Positions 28,769 to 37,397 are shown, counted from the first letter of the stretch. The stretch: 64,000 nucleotides of DNA from a virus (IMGVR_UViG_3300032334_001019:32001-96000), one strand, 5' to 3'. A program made the numbers and translations. Notes: generated from the letters alone by a model not told the origin.

Positions 28769-29224
28769 TTAGATTGCTCCTAGGTCTCTTAGTTCTTCAA
28801 TACTAGCACAGCCTGCACATTTTTGCAACTCCTCAAACTTTTCAAAATGTAGAGTTGCTTGCTCGTCATCCCATATCATCTCACAATTTGGGCATTCGTA
28901 AGATGGTTCGATAACCGATACCTGATAATCCTTGCTTTCATCCCAAGGTACCTCAGTAACAAAATAGCCAATCCTATTAACAATGCAGCGACCATTAATA
29001 ACATAGGTACCCCCATCATCTCCGTCAATGTATGTCCAAGTATATAATGGGTCAGCGTCAGAAACATACTGTACTTCATCACCGTAGGTCTCAAACATAA
29101 TGCCACCTTCGCCATTGTCAAATGAAGCATTTTCATCTAGATGATTGGTGATAGGCTTGTAGGTCTCTAGCCATTCATCAAAGTCTATCTCTATAAGTTC
29201 GTTAGGCAAAGTACTTCTCCTCAA
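28769..29224 (-). CDS. hypothetical phage protein
   Basis: YKPITNHL...MFETYG...VNRIGYFVTEVPW; C-terminal CxxC pairs; start uncertain. Confidence 0.65.
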   Translation of the reverse strand: MRRSTLPNELIEIDFDEWLETYKPITNHLDENASFDNGEGGIMFETYGDEVQYVSDADPLYTWTYIDGDDGGTYVINGRCIVNRIGYFVTEVPWDESKDYQVSVIEPSYECPNCEMIWDDEQATLHFEKFEELQKCAGCASIEELRDLGAI

Positions 29225-29441
29225 TGTTTTTGCGGTCTATAGATAAATTATAGGTCATGCAGTATGCACTTGTCAAGGCTTCCATATACCCTTCCAAAAA
29301 TCTATCAGCATTGCCTTCCATGGCGTACTCGCACTCCAGCATTTCTTGCTTTAGCCACCCATGCATGAGGTCAATCAGAGGTATAGAGATGTCCTCTAAT
29401 GGTTTAGTTAAATATTCGGGGATGAATGGATACTTACTCAT
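29202..29441 (-). CDS. hypothetical protein
   Basis: ORF in early block. Confidence 0.55.
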   Translation of the reverse strand: MSKYPFIPEYLTKPLEDISIPLIDLMHGWLKQEMLECEYAMEGNADRFLEGYMEALTSAYCMTYNLSIDRKNIEEKYFA

Positions 29442-29586
29442 TGATTACTTCAATCAGATGTTTAACAGCATAGATTTGTCCCTCGATATCTACCACATGG
29501 ATAGAGGCTGGGTTTTCTTCAAGGTCTTGTTCAAGACTTATAAGGTGCAGGTTTAGATACTCTTTAAATGTTTTTAGGTCCATATA

Positions 29587-29826
29587 TTAATTATAAGGGT
29601 TGGTGTTGATTTTTACAAGTTTTGCTGGTGTGACCTTCATCACAGGCTCATCGTCAGGTGTTGGATCTTCATCCACATGTGTAACAGTAGTATTCCATTT
29701 GCTTAATAGGATTACATGTGATGTAGCATGGCAAATACAGGCGGGATCAATCTGAGGATTAACAGATGCGCTAATCTCTATAAGAGCATCACAATCAGTA
29801 CAAAGATAACTATACTTAGTCCACAT
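29587..29826 (-). CDS. small zinc-ribbon protein
   Basis: YLCTDCDALIE...CIC; SD AAGGAG. Confidence 0.6.
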   Translation of the reverse strand: MWTKYSYLCTDCDALIEISASVNPQIDPACICHATSHVILLSKWNTTVTHVDEDPTPDDEPVMKVTPAKLVKINTNPYN

Positions 29827-30350
29827 ATTAGTCTCCTTGATTAACTAGATAAGCACGAACTTCTTCCAGGGCATCAATAGCCTGTTCACATACTACAATC
29901 ATATCTTCTCTAGTCATTAGTCAAAATACCCTTCTGCCCATAGACCCTGGAGGAATGCATAGGTCTTAGCCAAACCATCAGAAACAGTTTCATCTGTTGT
30001 GTAATCATGAGCGGTACCAACTGAGTTAATCATTTCATCTAACTCTATTTTAGTATATCCTAGCATTATTCAACATACCCCACAATCATTTGCATAGCCT
30101 GGTGTAGGAAGCAATCGCAATCCCCACCATTCATATTTTCCATTAGTTCAAAGTGTGAGAAGTTATCCTCGTAGATAGCGGTAAGTAGTTCATCTATTGT
30201 GTATGGTTTATAGGTCGTTGTCATAGATTAATTCTACCCTAGACTGGGGAAAAATGCAAGTCATCTTAAAGTTTTTATATAAGAAATTTCATTGTCCGAA
30301 ATGTCCGTTTTTCACGTCCCGCATTTTTATGCATATCAGTGAATAAAAAT

Positions 30351-30378
30351 TGAGCAGTTTATTCTCATGCTCAGGAGA
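30351..30378 (-). ncRNA. pseudoknot motif copy
   Basis: TCTC-CTGAGCAT-GAGA-ATAAAC-TGCTCA. Confidence 0.7.
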
Positions 30379-30386
30379 TTTTTTAT

Positions 30387-31403
30387 TTATGCAATCTGCA
30401 AAGTGCTTTGCACAATTTTGAGCAAACGATTTTTCTCTGCGTTAATTGCAGGGTCAAATCCGCTTGCACTTGCAAGGATAGATTCGTTAGAACCACCACG
30501 AGCAGAACGATACCAATCTAAACGCTCTGTGAGCGCATTGAAAGCGCCCCATGCGTTACCAGCAATCATTCCGTTAAACTCGCCTGTGTAGATGTCGTTA
30601 ATAACATCGACCTTGTTTTCCCACTTCTTGAACGCACCCTTAGAGTCTTTTTCAGGCTTAGGGTATGCAGCAAGAATGATGTCGTTGAATTGCTTAGCAT
30701 TGACTTCTGTTTCAATCATAGCCTTAGCCATGAGGTCAAAAGAATCCATGTACTTATGAGCCATGCCTAATGTCTCACGAGCAACTTGTACCTTGCCAGC
30801 AGCAGTTTGCGTGTGGCGAATCTTGAAAGATTGCTTGATGCCATTCTTACGCTTAGTAGTGTTAAGTGCAAGATTGAGGGTGTTAGCGCACACAACACGA
30901 ACAGGTGTTATGCTTGCTTGAATAGCGATTGAGCCATCGTGTGATGTGTTGATTAGAAGATAAGTCTTTACCTTATCTGCTACACCGTTAGGGTCAAGAA
31001 CTGTTTCACGCTCTAGTGCTAAAGCGCCAAATACTACACGACCACCCTTGATTGAGCCAGCGGTCTCCCAACGACCTCCGCCGTCAAGAATGTTATCACC
31101 AAATGAAAATAAATCTTCATTCTGCATAACATGATAACGCTCACCTACGACACCTAAAATGTCTGTCTGTGAATTATCTGTAGGGTTAGTACGCAAAACA
31201 TACTGGTATGTCTTGTCGCTTGTTAAATGTGATGGGGTTTCCAAATCTTCCAGACGAACATTCCAACCATTGAGGTTTGCAGCCTCTAGCATTTCTGCTG
31301 TTGTTTTTTCTTCTGTAAATACGGTACCCAATCCATGCCAAGCGGGTTCACGAAATGATGCGAATGAAGCCTTACCATTTTGTGTTTCGATTTCATGTGC
31401 CAT
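30387..31403 (-). CDS. DUF932/DUF945-family phage protein
   Basis: MAHEIE, REPAWHGLG, ETAGSIKGG, NTSHDGS, TPVRVVCANTL, IRHT; SD AAGGAG. Confidence 0.9.
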   Translation of the reverse strand: MAHEIETQNGKASFASFREPAWHGLGTVFTEEKTTAEMLEAANLNGWNVRLEDLETPSHLTSDKTYQYVLRTNPTDNSQTDILGVVGERYHVMQNEDLFSFGDNILDGGGRWETAGSIKGGRVVFGALALERETVLDPNGVADKVKTYLLINTSHDGSIAIQASITPVRVVCANTLNLALNTTKRKNGIKQSFKIRHTQTAAGKVQVARETLGMAHKYMDSFDLMAKAMIETEVNAKQFNDIILAAYPKPEKDSKGAFKKWENKVDVINDIYTGEFNGMIAGNAWGAFNALTERLDWYRSARGGSNESILASASGFDPAINAEKNRLLKIVQSTLQIA

Positions 31404-31434
31404 GAGTTTACTCCTTTGTTGTTGTTGAGATTTA

Positions 31435-31463
31435 AGTATAACAGGATGGGCTGACAAATGCAA
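31435..31463 (-). promoter_or_regulatory. promoter TTGCAT-17-TATACT with TGTCAG box
   Basis: Direct reading; upstream of DUF932 gene. Confidence 0.75.
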
Positions 31464-31569
31464 ATCGGGATAGTTAAACATGGGCAATTTGGACATGGGA
31501 AAAGTTTGACTGATCATAACGGCGTGTCGACTTGACAGGGGACGTGGCAAAATTTTGCAGGGATTGAAG

Positions 31570-31597
31570 GAGCAGTTTTAAAACATGCTTAGGTTTT
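31570..31597 (-). ncRNA. pseudoknot motif copy
   Basis: AAAAC-CTAAGCAT-GTTTT-AAAAC-TGCTC. Confidence 0.7.
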
Positions 31598-31612
31598 ATT
31601 AGTAGCCCCCTA

Positions 31613-32026
31613 CTAAATATCGATACGGTCAACACTGGATGATAAATAAGTTACACCCTGTGGTTCTGATACAGAATCAAAATCAATGTCATGAATTAAA
31701 TTCATTGCTGATTCTTCATCTCGTGCATTGACTGTAATTGAATATTGAACTGTAACTTCTAGTTCAAATTCTTTTGATAATTCAAATCCGCAAATATCTG
31801 CAATTGATTGAGCAGTGTCTTCATCAATGGTACCAAATTCCATTGCTTCCAAGGTCCACTCTTGCATTTCGCTACGCATACGGGAGCGCTCTGCAGCCTC
31901 GCCATATGAGCGCTGAGTTACTGTTTGAATGTGCTCTTCAAGTTGCTTGATACGCTCATCCTTTTGTGCAATTTGAGATTGAAGAAAATCTATTGTTGTG
32001 TTTGGTATTACTGTTGTTTGGTCCAT
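31613..32026 (-). CDS. hypothetical coiled-coil protein
   Basis: ORF with own promoter. Confidence 0.7.
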   Translation of the reverse strand: MDQTTVIPNTTIDFLQSQIAQKDERIKQLEEHIQTVTQRSYGEAAERSRMRSEMQEWTLEAMEFGTIDEDTAQSIADICGFELSKEFELEVTVQYSITVNARDEESAMNLIHDIDFDSVSEPQGVTYLSSSVDRIDI

Positions 32027-32058
32027 GGGGGCCTTTTTCTGTTAGTTTGTTTAATTTA

Positions 32059-32088
32059 ATTGTACAGGTGCCCACTGACAAATGTCAA
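32059..32088 (-). promoter_or_regulatory. promoter TTGACA-18-TACAAT with TGTCAG box
   Basis: Direct reading. Confidence 0.75.
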
Positions 32089-32101
32089 GGACCCTTGCGG
32101 G

Positions 32102-32128
32102 AAGCAGTTTAGCGACATACTTAGGTCG
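32102..32128 (-). ncRNA. pseudoknot motif copy
   Basis: CGAC-CTAAGTAT-GTCG-CTAAAC-TGCTT. Confidence 0.7.
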
Positions 32129-32137
32129 TTTATTTAA

Positions 32138-32560
32138 TTAGAGATAACGAGCAACCGCTTGATAAGTTGATGTGGAAACTACTTCCTCATCTGTCATCTT
32201 GAGGATACGAATTGCATTAAGCATTTCCTCTTTTTGCTCATTGTATGTGTGAGCGTGCATAACTGTAAAGTCACGCTGAGGCTCTTTAGGCAAATCCTTT
32301 TCTGCAACTGTTAGGTCATAGTCAATGTTTAGTGTATTGTTCCATGAACGATAGTTGGTGCGGAAGTTTTCTGCCTTCTTGATGTTAGCAATAGCATAGT
32401 CAGAAATCTCTTTCTGCCAAGCCTTACGAGCCTTCTCATACTTTGCTTCGTTTGCTTCTTGTGATGAGTAATCTGACTCTAGTTTTGCTAGTGCAGTTTC
32501 TAGTGCCTTGATTACCTTTGGTGTTGCGATTTTAACTGAGATTGCTTTTCCTCTTGCCAT
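32138..32560 (-). CDS. hypothetical protein
   Basis: ISVKIAT.KVIKALE...AIRILKMTDEEVVSTSTY. Confidence 0.7.
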   Translation of the reverse strand: MARGKAISVKIATPKVIKALETALAKLESDYSSQEANEAKYEKARKAWQKEISDYAIANIKKAENFRTNYRSWNNTLNIDYDLTVAEKDLPKEPQRDFTVMHAHTYNEQKEEMLNAIRILKMTDEEVVSTSTYQAVARYL

Positions 32561-32595
32561 GTGTTAGGTCTCTTTCTGTTAGTTGGGGGGTGAGG

Positions 32596-32624
32596 TAAGC
32601 AGTTTGTATTCATGCTCAGGAATA
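32596..32624 (-). ncRNA. pseudoknot motif copy
   Basis: TATTC-CTGAGCAT-GAATA-CAAAC-TGCTTA. Confidence 0.7.
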
Positions 32625-32630
32625 AGATAA

Positions 32631-32798
32631 TTACTGCTTAGGTGTCCAAGTGGTATAACGAGTCATACCATTAACATCTAACTTTACACGAACATTACCA
32701 TTTGCTTGTGGGTCAATGGCAAGGATTGTGCCTGTAACCTTTGACTTCTGTGAAGTGTATAGGTCGCCTACCTTGTATGTATTTGTTGCTACTGACAT
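32631..32798 (-). CDS. small SH3-like hypothetical protein
   Basis: YKVGDLYTSQKSKVTGTI; SD AAGGAG. Confidence 0.65.
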   Translation of the reverse strand: MSVATNTYKVGDLYTSQKSKVTGTILAIDPQANGNVRVKLDVNGMTRYTTWTPKQ

Positions 32799-32829
32799 TG
32801 TGTTTCTCCTTTTGTTTGTTGATAATCCA

Positions 32830-32858
32830 AGTATAACATTTCCTACTGACATTTTCAA
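32830..32858 (-). promoter_or_regulatory. promoter TTGAAA-17-TATACT with TGTCAG box
   Basis: Direct reading. Confidence 0.75.
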
Positions 32859-33116
32859 GCCAGCCAAGAAAAATCTCACATCTTGGACTACGGGGGTTAT
32901 TTTTTTCATACCTTAATTGTAGCAAGAAAATGTCAAAAATACAAATCCAAGCCCCAACAAGCGGTGTGAGAAAAATCACATCTTAAAGCGGTGTGTCAAT
33001 TTGACAAATGACTGGTCAGCGACGTGGCCCTTTTTCAAGGGGATACTAAGATCCAGATGCACCAAGCATATTAGAAAGAATAACAATAAGAATTAAGATC
33101 ATGAATAACTGTTTCA

Positions 33117-33359
33117 TTACTCTTCGTCTTCAATAAATACATAGAGTGGAATTAAATCAGTATAAGCAAATTGAATAACTTCTTTTTCACCAAACTCATT
33201 TTCTGTTTGAACATCATAGTTATCTCCTGTTGAGTCTGACTCAATAAATACAACCTCAACAATGTCATCACCAATCTTAACTAAATCACCAAGCATTAAC
33301 TGGTCTGGTGTTAAAGTATCTGCGTGGATTAATTCCATAGCATTCATTGTAGCATTCAT
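33117..33359 (-). CDS. hypothetical protein
   Basis: SD GAGG. Confidence 0.6.
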   Translation of the reverse strand: MNATMNAMELIHADTLTPDQLMLGDLVKIGDDIVEVVFIESDSTGDNYDVQTENEFGEKEVIQFAYTDLIPLYVFIEDEE

Positions 33360-33466
33360 TTTATTCCTCAATTCTGTTTTTGTATTTAAGTTTACGAGTG
33401 TATTTCTTTTTATTACGGACAGGGGTAGCCGCATTACTACGGCGTAACTCCTGTATTCGATTAACC

Positions 33467-33775
33467 TTACTCTTCATTACAGATACAATCTTCACAGTCA
33501 CAACTCCAATCATGAGGCAACCATGCATCTAGGTGGTGTTGCTCAATGATAGCCCATGCTGGTGCAGTATCTTTGCCTCTGTAAGATACGCCTTCAGGCA
33601 TCTCAATCTCACGATTAAAGTCCTCGTCATAGGCTGCATCAATAGCATCAATACAAGGCTGAACCATGCTTAGTGGTACTGGAGGATAGTGATTACCTCT
33701 AAGGTGCATGCCAATAGCACTCTCAAGTGATAGATCAATGTTTTCTGCTAAGTCTAGTGCTGTATTCATTCCCAT
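33467..33775 (-). CDS. hypothetical phage protein
   Basis: HLRGNHYPPVP...CIDAI...IIEQHHLDAW. Confidence 0.7.
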   Translation of the reverse strand: MGMNTALDLAENIDLSLESAIGMHLRGNHYPPVPLSMVQPCIDAIDAAYDEDFNREIEMPEGVSYRGKDTAPAWAIIEQHHLDAWLPHDWSCDCEDCICNEE

Positions 33776-34002
33776 TATCGTGTTACCACCATTCCTGTTG
33801 TGTAGAGGGTCTTTGTATGCATCTTACCTGAAGGCTCTGACAAGTTAATTGTTGCGTATTCTTTAGCATCTCCACTATCAACAAACTGCTGAAAAGTTTC
33901 AACGGCACTTAATGCATCTGAGTAGCGACCAACCCAAGTAGGGGTAGGGGCTGAGTCATAGGTACAAGTTACTGAGTATAGGTATTCATTCATTTTATGC
34001 AT
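33775..34002 (-). CDS. hypothetical protein
   Basis: Coupled ORF. Confidence 0.6.
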   Translation of the reverse strand: MHKMNEYLYSVTCTYDSAPTPTWVGRYSDALSAVETFQQFVDSGDAKEYATINLSEPSGKMHTKTLYTTGMVVTR

Positions 34003-34174
34003 TCTCCAATGTGTATTCGTTCATTTCGTTACTAGCATACCATTCGGTGTATTCGTTGTAAAGCGACACACCCAATGAACACTCACAAAATTCTGTGTCG
34101 TATTCACCATGTCCATTACCAAAGAATAGGACACCCTCATCATAGCATTCCATGCAATTCCAATTATTCATTAT

Positions 34175-34384
34175 TTATTCTCCTGTCTTTACGGCAACTG
34201 TTGCCCAAAAATTTTTAATTCCACGAGTGGGGGATACTTCAATGGCATACGCCTCAAAGTTTTCACCATACCAAACACCATCACGCTTTTCTGCGTATAG
34301 GATAGTGCCTTCATCATGGCGAGAGTGTGAGCGATAGTATTTTCCCTCTAAGAGGCTTTCTATTGTATAAGGTTTTGCTGACAT
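34175..34384 (-). CDS. hypothetical protein
   Basis: Follows a TGTCAG-box promoter. Confidence 0.6.
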   Translation of the reverse strand: MSAKPYTIESLLEGKYYRSHSRHDEGTILYAEKRDGVWYGENFEAYAIEVSPTRGIKNFWATVAVKTGE

Positions 34385-34428
34385 GAGCAACCTGCTTTCT
34401 TTTTGTTTAATTACTTTATTACTCTGTA

Positions 34429-34457
34429 ATCCTATCATTTTCTACTGACAAATACAA
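34429..34457 (-). promoter_or_regulatory. promoter TTGTAT-17-TAGGAT with TGTCAG box
   Basis: Direct reading. Confidence 0.7.
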
Positions 34458-34586
34458 GACGACACGCCATAAATCTTAAAAAGTGAGACGCTGGAGAATG
34501 TGAGAAAAATCACACACACTTAAAGTTATACACACCCTGTGGACGACACGCCCGACTGCGGGACGTCAAATTTTAGTTGAAAGTTA

Positions 34587-34614
34587 AAGCAGTTTTAAAT
34601 CGTGCTTAGGATCT
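34587..34614 (-). ncRNA. pseudoknot motif copy
   Basis: AGATC-CTAAGCAC-GATTT-AAAAC-TGCTT. Confidence 0.7.
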
Positions 34615-34634
34615 CCCCTTAGCCTGGCTCCAGA

Positions 34635-34817
34635 CTAAACTAATTCATTTTCTTTAACGCAAGCGTTCCAAAATCTTGTTTCATCAAATCTTGGATTATC
34701 TGCACTAAACCATTCGCTAAATTCAAAAACTAAATCATTAAAAGAATGTGAATCCATTCTGTTGATAAATTGGTTTAGAATGTTTGCAGTTTCTACATAG
34801 TCTTTGCGTGTCATCAT
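34635..34817 (-). CDS. hypothetical phage protein
   Basis: MTRKDYV...DNPRFD..RF..AC. Confidence 0.7.
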   Translation of the reverse strand: MMTRKDYVETANILNQFINRMDSHSFNDLVFEFSEWFSADNPRFDETRFWNACVKENELV

Positions 34818-34819
34818 GA

Positions 34820-35080
34820 TTACTCACCATCCAATTTTAAGAATGCGTAGGACCCACCCTCGTTGATGTGTTCTAATTGTGCAAGGACCTCATCACGAGT
34901 TGTATTTTCTGTAATTGTAAGCAACTCGTCAATCATGCCTTTGTTCATGTTAATAAACATTCCTTCAGGTAGGTTAATTACTTGAGGATAGACAACTGAT
35001 TCAATTTCTACATGAGAAACAAAATCAAATCCTTTATGTGTAAAAGGAAATAGTGCAAAGCGTGTTGTTGTGTTAGTCAT
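34820..35080 (-). CDS. hypothetical protein
   Basis: Coupled ORF. Confidence 0.6.
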   Translation of the reverse strand: MTNTTTRFALFPFTHKGFDFVSHVEIESVVYPQVINLPEGMFINMNKGMIDELLTITENTTRDEVLAQLEHINEGGSYAFLKLDGE

Positions 35081-35274
35081 TAGAGTGTAGCCTTTCCTCG
35101 TAGTGTGCCAGTAATTCCTAGAGTGTCGCAAGCGACTTTAACAGATACACCAACAGGCAAAGTCTGAGGGTATTGTGAAATAAATTGAGCAACCGCACCC
35201 TTGCTAGGGAGTGAGATAGATTTTACTGAACCTGAAAAAGTTTCTAGTTTTACAGTGTATGACATGGATGTCAT
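35080..35274 (-). CDS. hypothetical protein
   Basis: SD GAAAGG; follows a TGTCAG promoter. Confidence 0.6.
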   Translation of the reverse strand: MTSMSYTVKLETFSGSVKSISLPSKGAVAQFISQYPQTLPVGVSVKVACDTLGITGTLRGKATL

Positions 35275-36210
35275 CCTTTCGTTTAAGTGATAAGACTATC
35301 TTATCTTAGGGGGCTGACAAATTGGGCACTTATTTGCTTAGGCTCACTGTGATTTGCATCACATTTATTTGCTAAGGCTCATGCTTATTTATCTTTATTT
35401 AATTGTTATAGTAGCAATACTAGCAGAGAAATGTCAAAAAGTCAAGTCCAAACACGGCGTGTCGCTTGTGATTCGTATCACATTTTACCTGAGAGTAGTC
35501 TGAGAGGCGACGTCGATTTTTTTTGCAGTATTTACAAATTACTTTGTGAATACAAAAAACCAAAAACAATAAATGCAATCATTACAACGAGCATTATTTA
35601 TTCTCCTCATCTTCAAAATCCAAAACTGCTTGATGGTATGCAACGGGGTCTAATTGTTTTAGAATTTGCGAAGGATAAAAGTTTAAGTAACCAATCTGCA
35701 CTACTGGATAAACTAAATCCATGAACTGATCAAATCTATCTTGTAAATCTTGATCCATTACTTATCCTCCAAAACTTCCAAAATTGTTTTTAGTTGTTCT
35801 TCATTTAACAAAACCTGAGCACAACCCCAAAGATAAGCAAGGTAAGTATCTCCACGATTTTCTTTTGCAAGGTTAGTTACCTCTTGTACTAATTCTGTTT
35901 TCATTATGCAATTTCCATTTCATTATAGTCGATAACCTCAAAGTCAATTTGACTTTCAAGGGGCATAGCCTTTAGCCATGATAGTGCAGAGTCAAAATCC
36001 TCTGCTTCAACAGTTACGAATAAATCAAAATTAAAAATAGCCATTTTGTTTATTCTCCTTTCTTGTATAAAAAATCCCAAGCCTTACGGCATAACACGAT
36101 AGAGTTGCAATTATCGCAACAGATAACCCCATGAGGGTTTAACTCGAAATCATAGATGTCTACCATAGTGGTAGTTGCGCCACATACAGAGCGCATAGGT
36201 GCAAAGGTGC

Positions 36211-36393
36211 TCATTTAGAAACCTTCCAATCTGTCCACATAGGGAACTGTTCAGGGTCACTATCATAGTAGTAACGCTCTACATTGTTTTCACAATCCAT
36301 GCAGAAAGTGTATTGTGTATCTAGTACCTCAGAGATAGCAGATAGCATAGGGTTATGCTCTACGCATACTATTGTTTTTTCTAGTGTTATCAT
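36211..36393 (-). CDS. small Cys/His protein
   Basis: CVEH...FCMDCE; SD GAAAGG. Confidence 0.55.
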   Translation of the reverse strand: MITLEKTIVCVEHNPMLSAISEVLDTQYTFCMDCENNVERYYYDSDPEQFPMWTDWKVSK

Positions 36394-36695
36394 TTTGACA
36401 ACCTTTCTTTTATTTATGCTAGTAAGTCTAGCATGGGGGTCTGACAAATAAGCCCTACTTGTGAGGGTGTTTAGTGTGATACTAGTCACACTTATGGAAC
36501 TCTAGGTAGAACCTATCGTTACAGTTTGGACAGAGAGCATACTCTGACTCTGGAGATTTTGTCTCCCAAATTCTGTTAGTCATTTTGACCTAACCTTTCT
36601 AATCAAGAACCTTTCTTGATTTTCTTTATACTAGTAGTATAACAGGCACCACTGACAAATTAGCCTGTTTTTCGGGCGTGTCGGGAAAGTATTTT

Positions 36696-36826
36696 TGTGA
36701 TAAGGGTCACATTAGTTATCCACAATGAATGGTCTGACCTGTGGATAACTCCACGTGGCGTGTGATCTAAAACACATTATGTATACGGCGTGTCGTGTTG
36801 ACTTTTGAGGTATGGTGTGCTAGAAT
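36696..36826. promoter_or_regulatory. divergent control region: CRP boxes, inverted DnaA-box pair, GGCGTGTC and rightward promoter
   Basis: TGTGA-N6-TCACA 36696; TTATCCACA 36716; TGTGGATAA 36740; TTGACT-17-TAGAAT 36798-36826. Confidence 0.75.
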
Positions 36827-36874
36827 ACTAGTATTAGAAAGTTAGAGAAGGTCTCTAAACTAGAAAGGACTAGA

Positions 36875-37000
36875 ATGTTAGTCAATAAATGTAAGGTCTG
36901 CCAATGGCAGACACCAGAAGGGCAAGACTATTTCTGCCCTGTCTGTTCAGACGCTGAAAAGCGTGTCTTTGTTCGCCTAGAGCAAGATGTGTGGGTGTGA
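36875..37000 (+). CDS. small zinc-finger protein (41 aa, not in ORF track)
   Basis: SD GAAAGG; CKVC...CPVC. Confidence 0.55.
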   Translation: MLVNKCKVCQWQTPEGQDYFCPVCSDAEKRVFVRLEQDVWV

Positions 37001-37141
37001 CCAACACCACACGCTAAAGGCTTGACTTTTGGCATGGTATCTGATAAGATACTCCTATACAATTAAATAGAAATCCTAGTGAGCCCCTAGAAATAGGGCA
37101 AATAACCTAGGTCAGCAAAACTACTAAAGAAAGGTGTTCAC

Positions 37142-37288
37142 ATGAATACACTAGAAAGAATACAAGCAGAGCAAGCAGAGCGTCGCCTTGCTCAACGAAT
37201 TAAGGATAAGGCTATTGTTGAGGCTATGTTCTCCAATAACTCTCGCCCCCTAAATAACGAGTACCTACTAGCGAAAGAAGAAAACTAA
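37142..37288 (+). CDS. small hypothetical protein (48 aa)
   Basis: SD GAAAGG; promoter TTGACT-17-TAAGAT at 37022-37050. Confidence 0.55.
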   Translation: MNTLERIQAEQAERRLAQRIKDKAIVEAMFSNNSRPLNNEYLLAKEEN

Positions 37289-37397
37289 TTGCTATCTGCT
37301 ATGTATGCACATACCTGCGAGTCATGCGGTGACACAGGGTTAATTATCTTTGATGAAAACAATACACACATTGACCCTTGCAAGTGCGAGGGTATAA

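Noticed and set aside
30351-34614. Pseudoknot repeats as a CRISPR array
   Set aside because: Copies are 0.5-2 kb apart, separated by genes, vary in sequence, and no cas genes are present
35623-35632. Extra pseudoknot copy at AAAACTGCTT
   Set aside because: No upstream stem with a CURAGYA loop
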